From the NCBI GenBank assembly GCA_902773435.1, contig CACYEN010000151.1, positions 1,195-65,194 on the forward strand: DNA of 64,000 bases, written 5' to 3'. Below are positions 30,197-39,548 of this stretch, in pieces. Each line of letters begins with the position of its first letter. Position 1 is the first letter of the stretch. The DNA comes from an uncultured Lachnospiraceae bacterium (GTDB lineage: Bacteria > Bacillota > Clostridia > Lachnospirales > Lachnospiraceae). The translations under genes were made by a program, and so were the position numbers. Under the pieces are notes generated by a model. The model saw nothing but the letters and a program-made list of their open reading frames with translations, was not told the origin of the DNA and did no database searches.

Positions 30197-32287
30197 ATGA
30201 ATCGCGAGGAAGCTGTCACAAGGGCACAGGAGCTGGTGGCACGGATGTCGGTGGAGGAGAAGATCTCCCAGCTGCGCTACAACGCCCCCGCAATCGACAG
30301 GCTGGGAATCCCCGCCTATAACTGGTGGAATGAAGCGCTTCACGGCGTAGCGAGAGCCGGCCAGGCGACAAGCTTTCCGCAGGCGATCGGAATTGCCGCG
30401 ACGTTCGACCGGGAGCTTGTCAGGGATATCGCGGAGACGATCGCCGAGGAGGGCCGCGCGAAATACAACGCCTACTCGGAATACGGGGACCGCGACATCT
30501 ACAAGGGGCTGACGTTCTGGTCGCCGAATATCAACATTTTCAGGGACCCCAGGTGGGGGAGGGGGCAGGAGACCTACGGGGAAGACCCATACCTCAGCGG
30601 CGCGCTCGGCTGTGAATTCGTGCGCGGACTCCAGGGAGACGGGGAGTACATGAAGGCAGCCGCGTGCGCGAAGCACTTCGCGGTGCACTCCGGCCCGGAG
30701 GCGGTCCGCCACAGCTTCGACGCGAAAGCGTCAAAGAAGGATATGGCGGAGACCTACCTCGCCGCGTTCGAGATGCTGGTGAAGGACGCGGATGTCGAAG
30801 CCGTCATGGGCGCCTATAACCGCGTGAACGGGGAACCCGCCTGCGGAAGTCCCGCGCTCATGTCAATTCTTCGCGGAAAATGGGGATTCAAGGGCCACTT
30901 CGTCTCAGACTGCTGGGCGATCCGCGATTTCCACGAGCACCATCATGTGACAGAGACCGCGGAGGAATCCGCCGCGCTCGCGATGAACACGGGCTGCGAC
31001 CTCAACTGCGGCGACACGTTCCTCCACCTTCTCGACGCTTACCGCGCAGGGATGATCAAAGAGGAGCGCCTCACGGAGGCCTGTGTGAGGCTCTTCACGA
31101 CGCGCTTCCTGCTCGGTCTTTTCGACGAGACGGAATACGACGGGATTCCCTACTCGGTCGTCGAGAGCCCGGAGCACCTGGCTCTCTCGGAAAAATGCGC
31201 CCGCGAGAGCATGGTCCTGCTCAAAAACAACGGGCTTCTTCCGCTCGACAGGAAGAAGATCCGCACGATCGGCGTGATCGGTCCCAACGCCAACAGCCGC
31301 GCCGCCCTGGTCGGCAATTACCACGGCACCGCGACCGAGTACATCACGCCGCTTGACGGCATCATCAGCTTCCTCAGGGACGAACCGGTCAGGGTCCTGT
31401 ATTCCGAGGGCTGCGACATCATGGACGACAGGATCGAGAAGCTCGCGTTCGAAAATGACCGCCTCGCCGAAGCGCGGATCGTCGCCGACGAGAGCGACGC
31501 GGTCATCCTGGTGGTCGGCCTCAACGAGACCCTCGAGGGCGAGGAGGGCGACACCGGAAACAGCTACGCGTCCGGGGACAAGGCGGACCTCCTCCTTCCG
31601 CCTCCCCAGCGCGGGCTCATGCGCGAGCTGGCCGCGGCGGGAAAGCCCGTCGTGCTCTGCCTGATCGCCGGATCCGCGATCGACCTCTCGTTCGCCGAGG
31701 AGAATTTTGACGCCGTGATCGGCATGTGGTATCCGGGGGCGAGGGGCGGCAAGGCTCTCGCGGAGCTCCTGTTCGGGGATTACAGCCCGTCCGGGAAGCT
31801 GGACGTGACATTTTACAGAAATGACAGCGCTCTTCCTGATTTCGAGGACTACTCGATGGACGGGAGGACTTACCGCTACCTGAGAGGCGAGCCGCTCTAT
31901 CCGTTCGGCTACGGGCTCACCTACGGCGACGTCGAGGTGACGGGGGCGAAGCTCTCGGAGGACGGGAGCGCCGTCGAAGCGGAGTGGAGAGAGAACGGGA
32001 AGGCCCCGACGGAGGACGTCATCGAGGTGTATGTCCGCGCGGAGGATTCCCCGTTCGCGACGCCGAATCCCAGGCTCTGCGGTTTCGCGAGGGTGAAGGC
32101 GGGGAAGGGAGCCGGGGGTTCCGCCAGGATCCCGCTGGATCCGGCCGCTTTTACGGTCGTCAATGACGACGGGGAGAGGGTGTCCGGGGGGAGCCGGTAC
32201 ACGCTCTATGTCGGGACGAGTCAGCCCGACGAAAGGAGCTTCCGCCTGACGGGGCGCAGGCCCTTTGAGTTCGAAATCACGAGGTAA
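30197..32287 (+). CDS. GH3 beta-xylosidase/beta-glucosidase (cytoplasmic)
   Basis: WWNEALHG, RDPRWGRGQETYGEDP, AKHF, VSDCWA (nucleophile Asp), EGEEGD, YPFGYGLTY. Confidence 0.95.
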   Translation: MNREEAVTRAQELVARMSVEEKISQLRYNAPAIDRLGIPAYNWWNEALHGVARAGQATSFPQAIGIAATFDRELVRDIAETIAEEGRAKYNAYSEYGDRDIYKGLTFWSPNINIFRDPRWGRGQETYGEDPYLSGALGCEFVRGLQGDGEYMKAAACAKHFAVHSGPEAVRHSFDAKASKKDMAETYLAAFEMLVKDADVEAVMGAYNRVNGEPACGSPALMSILRGKWGFKGHFVSDCWAIRDFHEHHHVTETAEESAALAMNTGCDLNCGDTFLHLLDAYRAGMIKEERLTEACVRLFTTRFLLGLFDETEYDGIPYSVVESPEHLALSEKCARESMVLLKNNGLLPLDRKKIRTIGVIGPNANSRAALVGNYHGTATEYITPLDGIISFLRDEPVRVLYSEGCDIMDDRIEKLAFENDRLAEARIVADESDAVILVVGLNETLEGEEGDTGNSYASGDKADLLLPPPQRGLMRELAAAGKPVVLCLIAGSAIDLSFAEENFDAVIGMWYPGARGGKALAELLFGDYSPSGKLDVTFYRNDSALPDFEDYSMDGRTYRYLRGEPLYPFGYGLTYGDVEVTGAKLSEDGSAVEAEWRENGKAPTEDVIEVYVRAEDSPFATPNPRLCGFARVKAGKGAGGSARIPLDPAAFTVVNDDGERVSGGSRYTLYVGTSQPDERSFRLTGRRPFEFEITR

Positions 32288-32364
32288 CAAAGTCATAGCG
32301 GGCGGCCTCTTTCCTATATACAGATATATAGGAAAGAGGCCGTCCGCGGGGAGAGAGGATTACA

Positions 32365-33624
32365 GTGAGGAAAGCCACAAAAGAAAGGATCAGGAACATC
32401 ATCGGATCCGCGGTCAGGGACGGAGTGACCGCCGGCGCCATGCTTCTCGTCGTGAAGAAAGGCGAGGAGCTCTTTTTTGACGCGCAGGGATACGCGGACG
32501 CGGAGCGGGAGATTCCGCTTCGGCGGGACCACATTATGAGGCTCTTCTCCATGTCGAAGCCTGTCACGGCAGCGGCGGCGATGATTCTTTTCGAGCGGGG
32601 CGAGCTCGATCTGGGCACACCCGTGAAGGAGATCATTCCCGGATTCGGGGACGACTACGTGATTGAGAACGGGGTGAAGGTGAAGTGCGGGAAAGAGATG
32701 AGCGTGCTGCACCTCCTCAACATGACGTCGGGACTCACGTACGGCGACGGAGACACGCCCTGCGACAGGGCGACAGCTGAGATACTCGAGGAGGCCGAGA
32801 GGGAGAGGAAGGCCGGGAGACCCGTCTCCACACTTGAGTTCGCGCGGCGGCTCGGGCAGGCGCCGCGGGCGTTCGAACCCGACTCGTCGTGGATGTACGG
32901 ATTCTCCGCGGACGTGCTCGGGGCGGTGATCGAGGTGATCTCCGGGATGCGGTACGGCGATTTTCTGGAGAAGGAGATCTTCGGGCCGCTCGGCATGAAG
33001 GACAGCGGATTCTATGTCCCCGCGGAGAAGCGGGAGAGGCTGGCGGAGGTGTACCACAGCAGGGCCGGGGCCGCCCCCGGCGAAGGTGCCGGACCCGGAC
33101 ACGTGGGCGCGGACTCCGCGGGCGCACCGCGCGGAGCGGACATTTTGCGGAAAATGTACCATTATAAGAAAGACGTCCTCGGAATCGCGATGGGCGCGGA
33201 GGTGCGGCCGGCCTTCGAATCCGGCGGCGCGGGGCTCGTCTCCACGGTCGACGACTACATGCGCTTCCTCAGGATGCTGCTCAACCGCGGCGTGCTTGAG
33301 GGCACGAGGATTCTCAGCGAGAGAACCGTGAAGTTCCTTCTCTCCGGGGACCTGACGCCGGACCAGCAGAAGGTCCTGCGCGCATATTTCGGGCTCGAGG
33401 GCTTTACCTACTCCCATCTTCTCAGGCAGATGAGAAATCCGGGGCAGTGTGCCGGGATGACCCGGCCGGGCGAGTTCGGCTGGGACAGCTGGACGGGCTG
33501 CTACGCCGCGGGGTTCCCGGAGGACGGGCTCGGGTTCGTCTTCATGGAGCAGAAGGCGGAGTGCGGGACGATCCCCGCGCTGAGAAAGATCAAGAACGTG
33601 CTGCTGCTGGATCCCCAGGTGTAG
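32365..33624 (+). CDS. Beta-lactamase-fold serine hydrolase (family VIII esterase-like)
   Basis: FSMSK (SxxK), HLLNMTSG, WMYG, IFGPLGMKD, SGGAGL. Confidence 0.88.
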   Translation: MRKATKERIRNIIGSAVRDGVTAGAMLLVVKKGEELFFDAQGYADAEREIPLRRDHIMRLFSMSKPVTAAAAMILFERGELDLGTPVKEIIPGFGDDYVIENGVKVKCGKEMSVLHLLNMTSGLTYGDGDTPCDRATAEILEEAERERKAGRPVSTLEFARRLGQAPRAFEPDSSWMYGFSADVLGAVIEVISGMRYGDFLEKEIFGPLGMKDSGFYVPAEKRERLAEVYHSRAGAAPGEGAGPGHVGADSAGAPRGADILRKMYHYKKDVLGIAMGAEVRPAFESGGAGLVSTVDDYMRFLRMLLNRGVLEGTRILSERTVKFLLSGDLTPDQQKVLRAYFGLEGFTYSHLLRQMRNPGQCAGMTRPGEFGWDSWTGCYAAGFPEDGLGFVFMEQKAECGTIPALRKIKNVLLLDPQV

Positions 33625-33801
33625 GGGTGAGCGGCGGAGATCCCGATTCCCGCTGTCTGTAAAGGTACATCCCTGCCCGCTGCAAAGACTCGTCCCGTCC
33701 CAAATTATGACTTGTTAATCAGCCTCTTTTGTGGTATCGTTTCTTTTGCTGTCAGAAGAGGCAGCGGCGCCAGACGAAACGACTTTGCGGCGAGGAGGGA
33801 T

Positions 33802-35031
33802 ATGAAAACCTATACGGCAATTACGACGCAGCTCCTGAAACTGCTCGAAAGCGACGCGGAGCTCAAAGGACTTGTTGAGAAGTCCATCGCGCTCGCGGCG
33901 GCGGAGAATCCGGACCCGGTGAAGAATCCGGTCCGAAGCCTGCCGGAGCTGTACGATTTTATAGACTTTACCCAGACTGTCATGCCCTGGGCCTATCTTC
34001 CGGAGGAGTGTTTCAAAAACTTCGTGACAAAGACGGACCAGAGCTGTCTCTATATCTATTATCTCCTCGACCGCCCGCTTCCGGAGCTCGAGGGAAAGCT
34101 GCCGTTCCGGCCGTCGGTCCAGTTCCTGCCGCCGATCTATCACTGGCTCAAGGATTACAACAACGCGCTGAAGGTCTACATGGATTCGGAAGAGTCCTGG
34201 AAGGACGAGTACTACGAGGCGCTCCTCAGGGACCCGACCTGGCACCTGGACCAGGGCTGGTTCGAGGATCGCTCAAACTGGCACTCGTTCAACGACTTCT
34301 TCTCGAGAAAGCTGAGCGATCCGGACCGCATCCGGCCGCTGGCGTCCCCGGACGACGACACCGTGGTCGCGTCCCCCGGCGACTCCCTCCCGCAGGGGAC
34401 GTGGGAGATTGACGGGCAGGGGTTCTTCTGCTCCGGCGACGTGTTCGACGAGCGGGGCGTGCTGATCAAGACATCTTCGTTTTTCAGCGTGGCGGACCTG
34501 CTCGGGGAGGAGGGAGCGGCGTACGCCCCCGAATTTAACGGCGGAACGCTGACGCACACATTTTACAACTTCGACGACTATCACAGGTGCCACGCGCCGG
34601 TCTCCGGCAGGGTGCTCGCGGCCTACGTCATCGGAAATCCGGACGCGGTGGGCGGAATCACGACCTGGGAGCCCGGCAGGGGCATGTACGTGCTTGAGTC
34701 CTGCTTCGCGGGCTGGCAGTCGTACGAAACCCGCGGCTGCGTGATCATCGAGACCGACAGGCACGGACTCTGCGCCGTTCTCCCTGTCGCCCAGGGTCAG
34801 GTGTCGAGCGTGCATTTTACCGAAAATGTCCGCGTCGGAGAGCGCATCGAGAAGGGTGACCCGCTCGGCTATTTCCTGTTCGGGGGCTCCGACTGCGTGA
34901 TGCTGTTCTCCGGGAAGACCGGGTTTGAACTGTCCGCGAAGCCGGCGTCGAGCGAGGACACGTACGCGAACGGCTACGCCAAAGTGCTGTGCAGGGCGGA
35001 ATACGGCAGGTTCGTGGATAAATTGAGATGA
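33802..35031 (+). CDS. Phosphatidylserine-decarboxylase-family pyruvoyl proenzyme
   Basis: SFNDFFSRKL, DYHRCHAPVSG, GYFLFGGSD self-cleavage motif; GAGGAGG RBS. Confidence 0.85.
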   Translation: MKTYTAITTQLLKLLESDAELKGLVEKSIALAAAENPDPVKNPVRSLPELYDFIDFTQTVMPWAYLPEECFKNFVTKTDQSCLYIYYLLDRPLPELEGKLPFRPSVQFLPPIYHWLKDYNNALKVYMDSEESWKDEYYEALLRDPTWHLDQGWFEDRSNWHSFNDFFSRKLSDPDRIRPLASPDDDTVVASPGDSLPQGTWEIDGQGFFCSGDVFDERGVLIKTSSFFSVADLLGEEGAAYAPEFNGGTLTHTFYNFDDYHRCHAPVSGRVLAAYVIGNPDAVGGITTWEPGRGMYVLESCFAGWQSYETRGCVIIETDRHGLCAVLPVAQGQVSSVHFTENVRVGERIEKGDPLGYFLFGGSDCVMLFSGKTGFELSAKPASSEDTYANGYAKVLCRAEYGRFVDKLR

Positions 35032-35092
35032 ACACGGCAGAGGGCGGCTGAAGATATCGGCCGGTTCTGAACCGTACGAAACGTGAAGGAGA

Positions 35093-35137
35093 GACGGCTC
35101 CCGTCCCCGCGGCAGCGGAGGAGGGAGCTGTTTTTTT
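35093..35137 (+). terminator. Intrinsic terminator after the PSD-family gene
   Basis: GACGGCTCCC...GGGAGCTGTT stem followed by T-run. Confidence 0.6.
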
Positions 35138-35151
35138 GTTTCAATCGGGCG

Positions 35152-35197
35152 TTGACAGGCAGGATCAATTGCGCTAAATTGGTTTCATACAACCGAT
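35152..35197 (+). promoter_or_regulatory. Promoter with inverted repeat (OhrR/MarR operator candidate)
   Basis: TTGACA-17-TAAATT; ATTGGTT-N6-AACCGAT overlaps the -10/+1 region. Confidence 0.55.
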
Positions 35198-35263
35198 GTG
35201 TTGACAGAAAGAGAACACCTATTGCGCCTGAGAAAGCATCTGTTTGAAAGGAGAATCTGGATC

Positions 35264-35674
35264 ATGAAAGCAGCAGTAAGATACTATACCCGCAGCGGCA
35301 ACACCGGGAAACTCGCGAAGGCGATCGCCGAAGCCGTCGGCGTCGAAGCCCTCACGACGGATGTTCCGCTCGGGGAGGATGTGGACGTCCTCTTCCTCGG
35401 GAGCTCCGTCTACGCGTTCGGAGTGGACGAGAACGTCTCGAAGTTCATTTCGGGAATCAGCGTCAAAGTCGGGAAGGTCGTGAATTTCAGCACGGCGGCG
35501 CTCGTGAAATCCACTTACGGACAGGTCGGGAAGCTTCTCGCCGCGAAGAATATCCCGCAGGCGAAGGAGGAGTTCTACTGCAGGGGCTCTTTCGGCCCGA
35601 TGCACAAGGGAAGGCCGAACGAGAAGGATCTTAAGGCGGCTGCGGCGTTTGCGAAGAAGGTCGTCAATGGCTGA
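35264..35674 (+). CDS. Flavodoxin
   Basis: YYTRSGNTGKLAKAIA FMN-binding loop; LFLGS; GRPNEKDL. Confidence 0.88.
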   Translation: MKAAVRYYTRSGNTGKLAKAIAEAVGVEALTTDVPLGEDVDVLFLGSSVYAFGVDENVSKFISGISVKVGKVVNFSTAALVKSTYGQVGKLLAAKNIPQAKEEFYCRGSFGPMHKGRPNEKDLKAAAAFAKKVVNG

Positions 35675-36134
35675 CGGAAGAGCTGACGGAAGTCTGAGGG
35701 CGGCGGACGGCACGGATCCCCTCCTGCTGGACAACCAGCTCTGCTTCCCGCTCTACGTCTGCGCCAAGGAGATCGTCAACAGGTATACGCCTTATCTGCG
35801 GGAGCTGAACCTGACTTACACCCAGTACATCACGATGATGGTCATGTGGGAGGAGAAGCGGGTCCTGACGAGGCACCTGAAAGAGCGGCTGTACCTGGAC
35901 AGCGGAACCCTCACGCCGGTTCTTCGAAGGCTGGAGGAGAAGGGACTCATCACAAAGACGAGGGATTCGAGGGACGCGAGGGACCTGGTGGTGACGATCA
36001 CGCCCCGGGGAGAGAAGCTGAGAGAGAAGGCGCTGCGCGTTCCGGGGCAGGTCGGGACTTGCCTCAAAGGGCTCAGGCAGGGTGAAGAGCTGAGATCGCT
36101 GCTCAGGGAAATGATGAAACTGTTTCAAAAATGA
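35667..36134 (+). CDS. ohrR: OhrR-like MarR regulator
   Basis: LDNQLCFPLY with sensing Cys; LTYTQYITM, LYLDSGTLTPVLRRLE. Confidence 0.88.
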   Translation: MADGRADGSLRAADGTDPLLLDNQLCFPLYVCAKEIVNRYTPYLRELNLTYTQYITMMVMWEEKRVLTRHLKERLYLDSGTLTPVLRRLEEKGLITKTRDSRDARDLVVTITPRGEKLREKALRVPGQVGTCLKGLRQGEELRSLLREMMKLFQK

Positions 36135-36152
36135 TAAAGGAGGAACAAAAGC

Positions 36153-36695
36153 TTGAGTATCTACGATTACAGCGTGAAAAATGCGGCCGGGGAAGACATC
36201 TCCCTCTCGGATTACAGGGGAAAGGTCCTGCTGATTGTCAACACGGCGACGGGCTGCGGCTTCACGCCCCACTACGAGCAGCTGGAGGCCATGTACGAGA
36301 AGTACCACGACAGGGGACTCGAGATCATCGATATCCCGTGTAACCAGTTCGGCGGACAGGCCCCGGGATCGGACGACGAGATTCACGAGTTCTGCACGCT
36401 TCATTATCACACGGCATTTCCGCAGATGAAGAAATCCGACGTGAACGGGGAAAATGAGCTTCCCCTCTACACATACCTCAAGGGCGAAAAAGGCTTTGAG
36501 GGGATGCCGGAGGGGCTCTATTCGGACATCATCGTGAAGATGCTCTCGGAAGCGGACCCGGATTACGACAAAAAACCCGATATCAAGTGGAACTTCACGA
36601 AATTCATCGTGGACAGGGACGGCAGGGTCGTCGCCCGCGTGGAGCCGACAGCCGGTATGGAGGCCGTGGAATCCTGCGTGGCAGCGCTTCTGTAA
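36153..36695 (+). CDS. Glutathione-peroxidase-family peroxidase (Cys type)
   Basis: VNTATGCGFT, PCNQFGGQAPG, IKWNFTKF; TTG start after AAAGGAGG. Confidence 0.95.
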   Translation: MSIYDYSVKNAAGEDISLSDYRGKVLLIVNTATGCGFTPHYEQLEAMYEKYHDRGLEIIDIPCNQFGGQAPGSDDEIHEFCTLHYHTAFPQMKKSDVNGENELPLYTYLKGEKGFEGMPEGLYSDIIVKMLSEADPDYDKKPDIKWNFTKFIVDRDGRVVARVEPTAGMEAVESCVAALL

Positions 36696-36731
36696 ACAGG
36701 ACACAAGACTTTTGCTTAAGGAGAAGGCAGC

Positions 36732-37154
36732 ATGAGTATGTGGTGGCCGATCTTCCTGATCGTCGTTTCCAACGTGGTGTACAACGTGTGCGCCAAATCC
36801 GCCCCGGAGGGGCTGAACCCCTTCGCCTCGCTGACGATCACATATGCCGTCTCGGCGGTATTCAGCGGGATTCTCTTCAAGGTACTCTCGCGCGGAGGCA
36901 GCTTCCTCGCGGAGTACGGCAAGGTCAACTGGACGGTCGTCGCGTTCGGCCTTGCGCTCGTCGGGCTTGAGGCGGGCTCGCTCTATATGTACAAGGCCGG
37001 CTGGAACATCAGCACGGGCCAGATCGTGCACAGCGCGCTGCTGGCGGTCTGCCTCGTCGTCATCGGAATCGTCGCCTACCACGAGCACATCTCCTTCTCG
37101 AAGATCGCGGGGATCGCGCTGGTGTTTCTCGGGATCTTCTTTATCAACCGCTGA
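36732..37154 (+). CDS. Small EamA/DMT-family membrane protein
   Basis: About five hydrophobic helices; LYMYKAGWNIS, EHISFSKIAGI. Confidence 0.75.
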   Translation: MSMWWPIFLIVVSNVVYNVCAKSAPEGLNPFASLTITYAVSAVFSGILFKVLSRGGSFLAEYGKVNWTVVAFGLALVGLEAGSLYMYKAGWNISTGQIVHSALLAVCLVVIGIVAYHEHISFSKIAGIALVFLGIFFINR

Positions 37155-37208
37155 CGGAACGCCTCACGGAGAAACTGCAGCGACCGGACAGGATGTTGAT
37201 ATTCACAA

Positions 37209-37238
37209 TTGACATCCTGCCCGGTTCTGTGTTATCTT
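37209..37238 (+). promoter_or_regulatory. Promoter of lacI / TTT cluster 2
   Basis: TTGACA-18-TATCTT with extended -10 TG. Confidence 0.5.
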
Positions 37239-37355
37239 TATATAAACACGAGTAAATAAACTGCCCGGCGGGCGGTTTTATAGTAAAAATGACAATTCTT
37301 GAACGGATCCGGCCCGCGGTCACATTAGAGGGGCGATGCCGCAGAGGGATTAGTG

Positions 37356-38366
37356 ATGGCTTCCAGAAATGACGTGGCAAAGTTAGCCGGGGTGTCTCCT
37401 TCGGTCGTCTCCTATGTGCTGAATGATTCCAACTATGTCAGCAAGGAGAAGAGGGAAGCGGTTCTCCGGGCGGTGAAGGAACTGAACTACCAGCCCAGTT
37501 ATTTCGGAAGGGCTCTCAAGGAGAAGCGGACGAATAATCTCGCGCTGATCTGCGATGATATCCGGGGCGAGCTGTTTACCGAGATCGCCTTCTATATCGA
37601 GGCTGCAGTCTACAGGCGGGGCTACAACCTGTTCCTCAGCAACAGCCACAGGAGGCAGTCGTTTCTCCAGGAGCTCGCGAGCCGCAAATTTGACGGGATC
37701 TTCATCGCCACCAGCGTCTACGGCGAGGAGGAGATCAGCTATCTCGCGGAGTCGGGAACCCCGATCGCGCTCTACGAGGCGCGCAGCTACGAGAACCTGG
37801 ATCCGAGGGTCAGCCTGATCCGCGTGGACTACGAGCGGGGCGCGGCGCTTCTCGCCGAGAGGATGATCGGCGCGGGTTTCCGGAAGATCGCCTTCTTTCC
37901 GCCCTACCAGTCCAAGCTGAAGGAGATCAGGGAGAAGGATTACCGGTTCAGGGGATACCTGACGGCGCTGTCGGAACACGGGATCGAGCCGGATGAGAGC
38001 CTGATCTGTTTTGAAAATGACGACTACGACGGGATCCTCTGCCGCGCGGAGGCGATCTGCAGGGCCGCCGCCGAAGAGCGGGAGAAGATCGGCTTTATCG
38101 TCGGAAGCGACTACCTCGCCGTACAGATCATGAACCGCCTGACCGACTGCGGCCTCTATGAACAGGGGCGCGTCGCCGTGGCGGGCATGGACCATACCAG
38201 GTGCAGCCAGCTCGTGCGCCCGGTGCTGACGACGATCGGTTTTTCCAAAGAGGATATCGCGAAAAGCGTGGTGAGGTTCCTGCTCCCGAGAGAGGAAGAG
38301 AGGGAGAGAAGCGGGCAGTCGCTCGTTCTCATTCCGACCGTTCTCGTGGAGGGGACGAGCGGCTGA
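37356..38366 (+). CDS. LacI-family regulator
   Basis: SRNDVAKLAGVSPSVVSYVLN HTH; ELNYQP; RPVLTTI. Confidence 0.95.
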   Translation: MASRNDVAKLAGVSPSVVSYVLNDSNYVSKEKREAVLRAVKELNYQPSYFGRALKEKRTNNLALICDDIRGELFTEIAFYIEAAVYRRGYNLFLSNSHRRQSFLQELASRKFDGIFIATSVYGEEEISYLAESGTPIALYEARSYENLDPRVSLIRVDYERGAALLAERMIGAGFRKIAFFPPYQSKLKEIREKDYRFRGYLTALSEHGIEPDESLICFENDDYDGILCRAEAICRAAAEEREKIGFIVGSDYLAVQIMNRLTDCGLYEQGRVAVAGMDHTRCSQLVRPVLTTIGFSKEDIAKSVVRFLLPREEERERSGQSLVLIPTVLVEGTSG

Positions 38367-38399
38367 AGCGCCGCAGGACCTGCTGTGGAGGGATGGAAC

Positions 38400-39440
38400 A
38401 TGAAAGTGACAAGAGACGTTCTGATCGACGGAATGCCCGGACTCTACGCGGTCGGACAGGTTGCCGCCGGAGGAAGGACCTTCTGCGCGGCTGCTTCCGA
38501 GAACCGGGGCGGCACGGTGTACCTCGCCGATGTAGAGACGGGAGACCTCCACGAGATCACGGGAGGGCCCGGCGGCGTGATGGCGGTGCTTCCGGAGGAG
38601 GACGGCACGGTTCTCATGATCGAGGAGTTCTATCCGGTCTTTGACTCGGCGACGGCAAAGATTGCCGCCGTCGACGTGGCGGAGGACGAAACCGGTTTTC
38701 ATACCGCGGAGCGCGGGATCGCCGCCGAGGTCCCCTATGTGCACAGGATCGGGCTTCTCCGGGAGAAAGACGGCAGGTTCCTGGCTGCAGGAAGGCTGTG
38801 TCAGCACAAGGACAATCCGGACGACTGGTCGACGGCCGGAACCCTGGAGATCGCCCCGTTTTCGGGGAAGGCGGCCGGGGCCTTCGAGGTAGTGCAGGAC
38901 GGAATCTATAAGCACCACGCGATGTTTATCGCGGAAAATGAAGACGGGTATGACGACCTGTTCTACGGGGGAACCGCGGGAACGTTCCGGACGGTCCGCC
39001 GGGACGGGGCCTGGGTTACCGAGCGCATGATCGACGTCCCGACCAGCGACATCGTGTTCACGGACCTCGACGGGGACGGGGAGGAAGAGCTCGCGATCAT
39101 AGAGGAGTTCCACGGCGCGAACGTGGCCGTTTTCAAGATGAGAGGAGGGTCGTGGGAGAGGCAGGTCGATATACCGATCAATTTCGGGCATGTGCTCTGG
39201 GGCGGTACATTCTTAGGTGAGCCGGGGCTCATCGTCGGAAGCCGCGGCGGGAAGAAAGACCTTACGCTCTACCGGTTCGGCGCGGATGCCGCCGGACGGA
39301 TTTCGATCCGGGAGGAGATCCTTATCGACGAGGGACAGGCGCCCGCCCAGATCACGGTCAGCGAGTCCGGGGACAGCGCGGTCATCTACGCGGCGAACCA
39401 CGGCGCGGGCCAGCTGGTCAGGTACCGCTGCTCCGTGTGA
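38400..39440 (+). CDS. Uncharacterised beta-propeller-like protein with FG-GAP/VCBS-type motif (paralog 2)
   Basis: DLDGDGEEELA; colinear similarity to 24430-25473 (MPGLYAVG, IEEFY, EVPY.HR, DDWS..GTLE, KHHAM, EEFHG, GH.LWGG). Confidence 0.75.
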   Translation: MKVTRDVLIDGMPGLYAVGQVAAGGRTFCAAASENRGGTVYLADVETGDLHEITGGPGGVMAVLPEEDGTVLMIEEFYPVFDSATAKIAAVDVAEDETGFHTAERGIAAEVPYVHRIGLLREKDGRFLAAGRLCQHKDNPDDWSTAGTLEIAPFSGKAAGAFEVVQDGIYKHHAMFIAENEDGYDDLFYGGTAGTFRTVRRDGAWVTERMIDVPTSDIVFTDLDGDGEEELAIIEEFHGANVAVFKMRGGSWERQVDIPINFGHVLWGGTFLGEPGLIVGSRGGKKDLTLYRFGADAAGRISIREEILIDEGQAPAQITVSESGDSAVIYAANHGAGQLVRYRCSV

Positions 39441-39548
39441 GAAGGTGCAGGGGAAGGCGGCCGGATCAGCCGGGCTTTCCGGGACAGAAAGGTAATCAGC
39501 ATAGATAATTCTATGCAGAAAATATTAACAATAAAGGAGGACATTTAA

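Noticed and set aside
32365-33624. Beta-lactam resistance gene
   Set aside because: No signal peptide, no KTG motif, and a carbohydrate-utilisation context point to an esterase.
36153-36695. Selenocysteine peroxidase
   Set aside because: The active-site codon is TGC (Cys) and there is no in-frame TGA.
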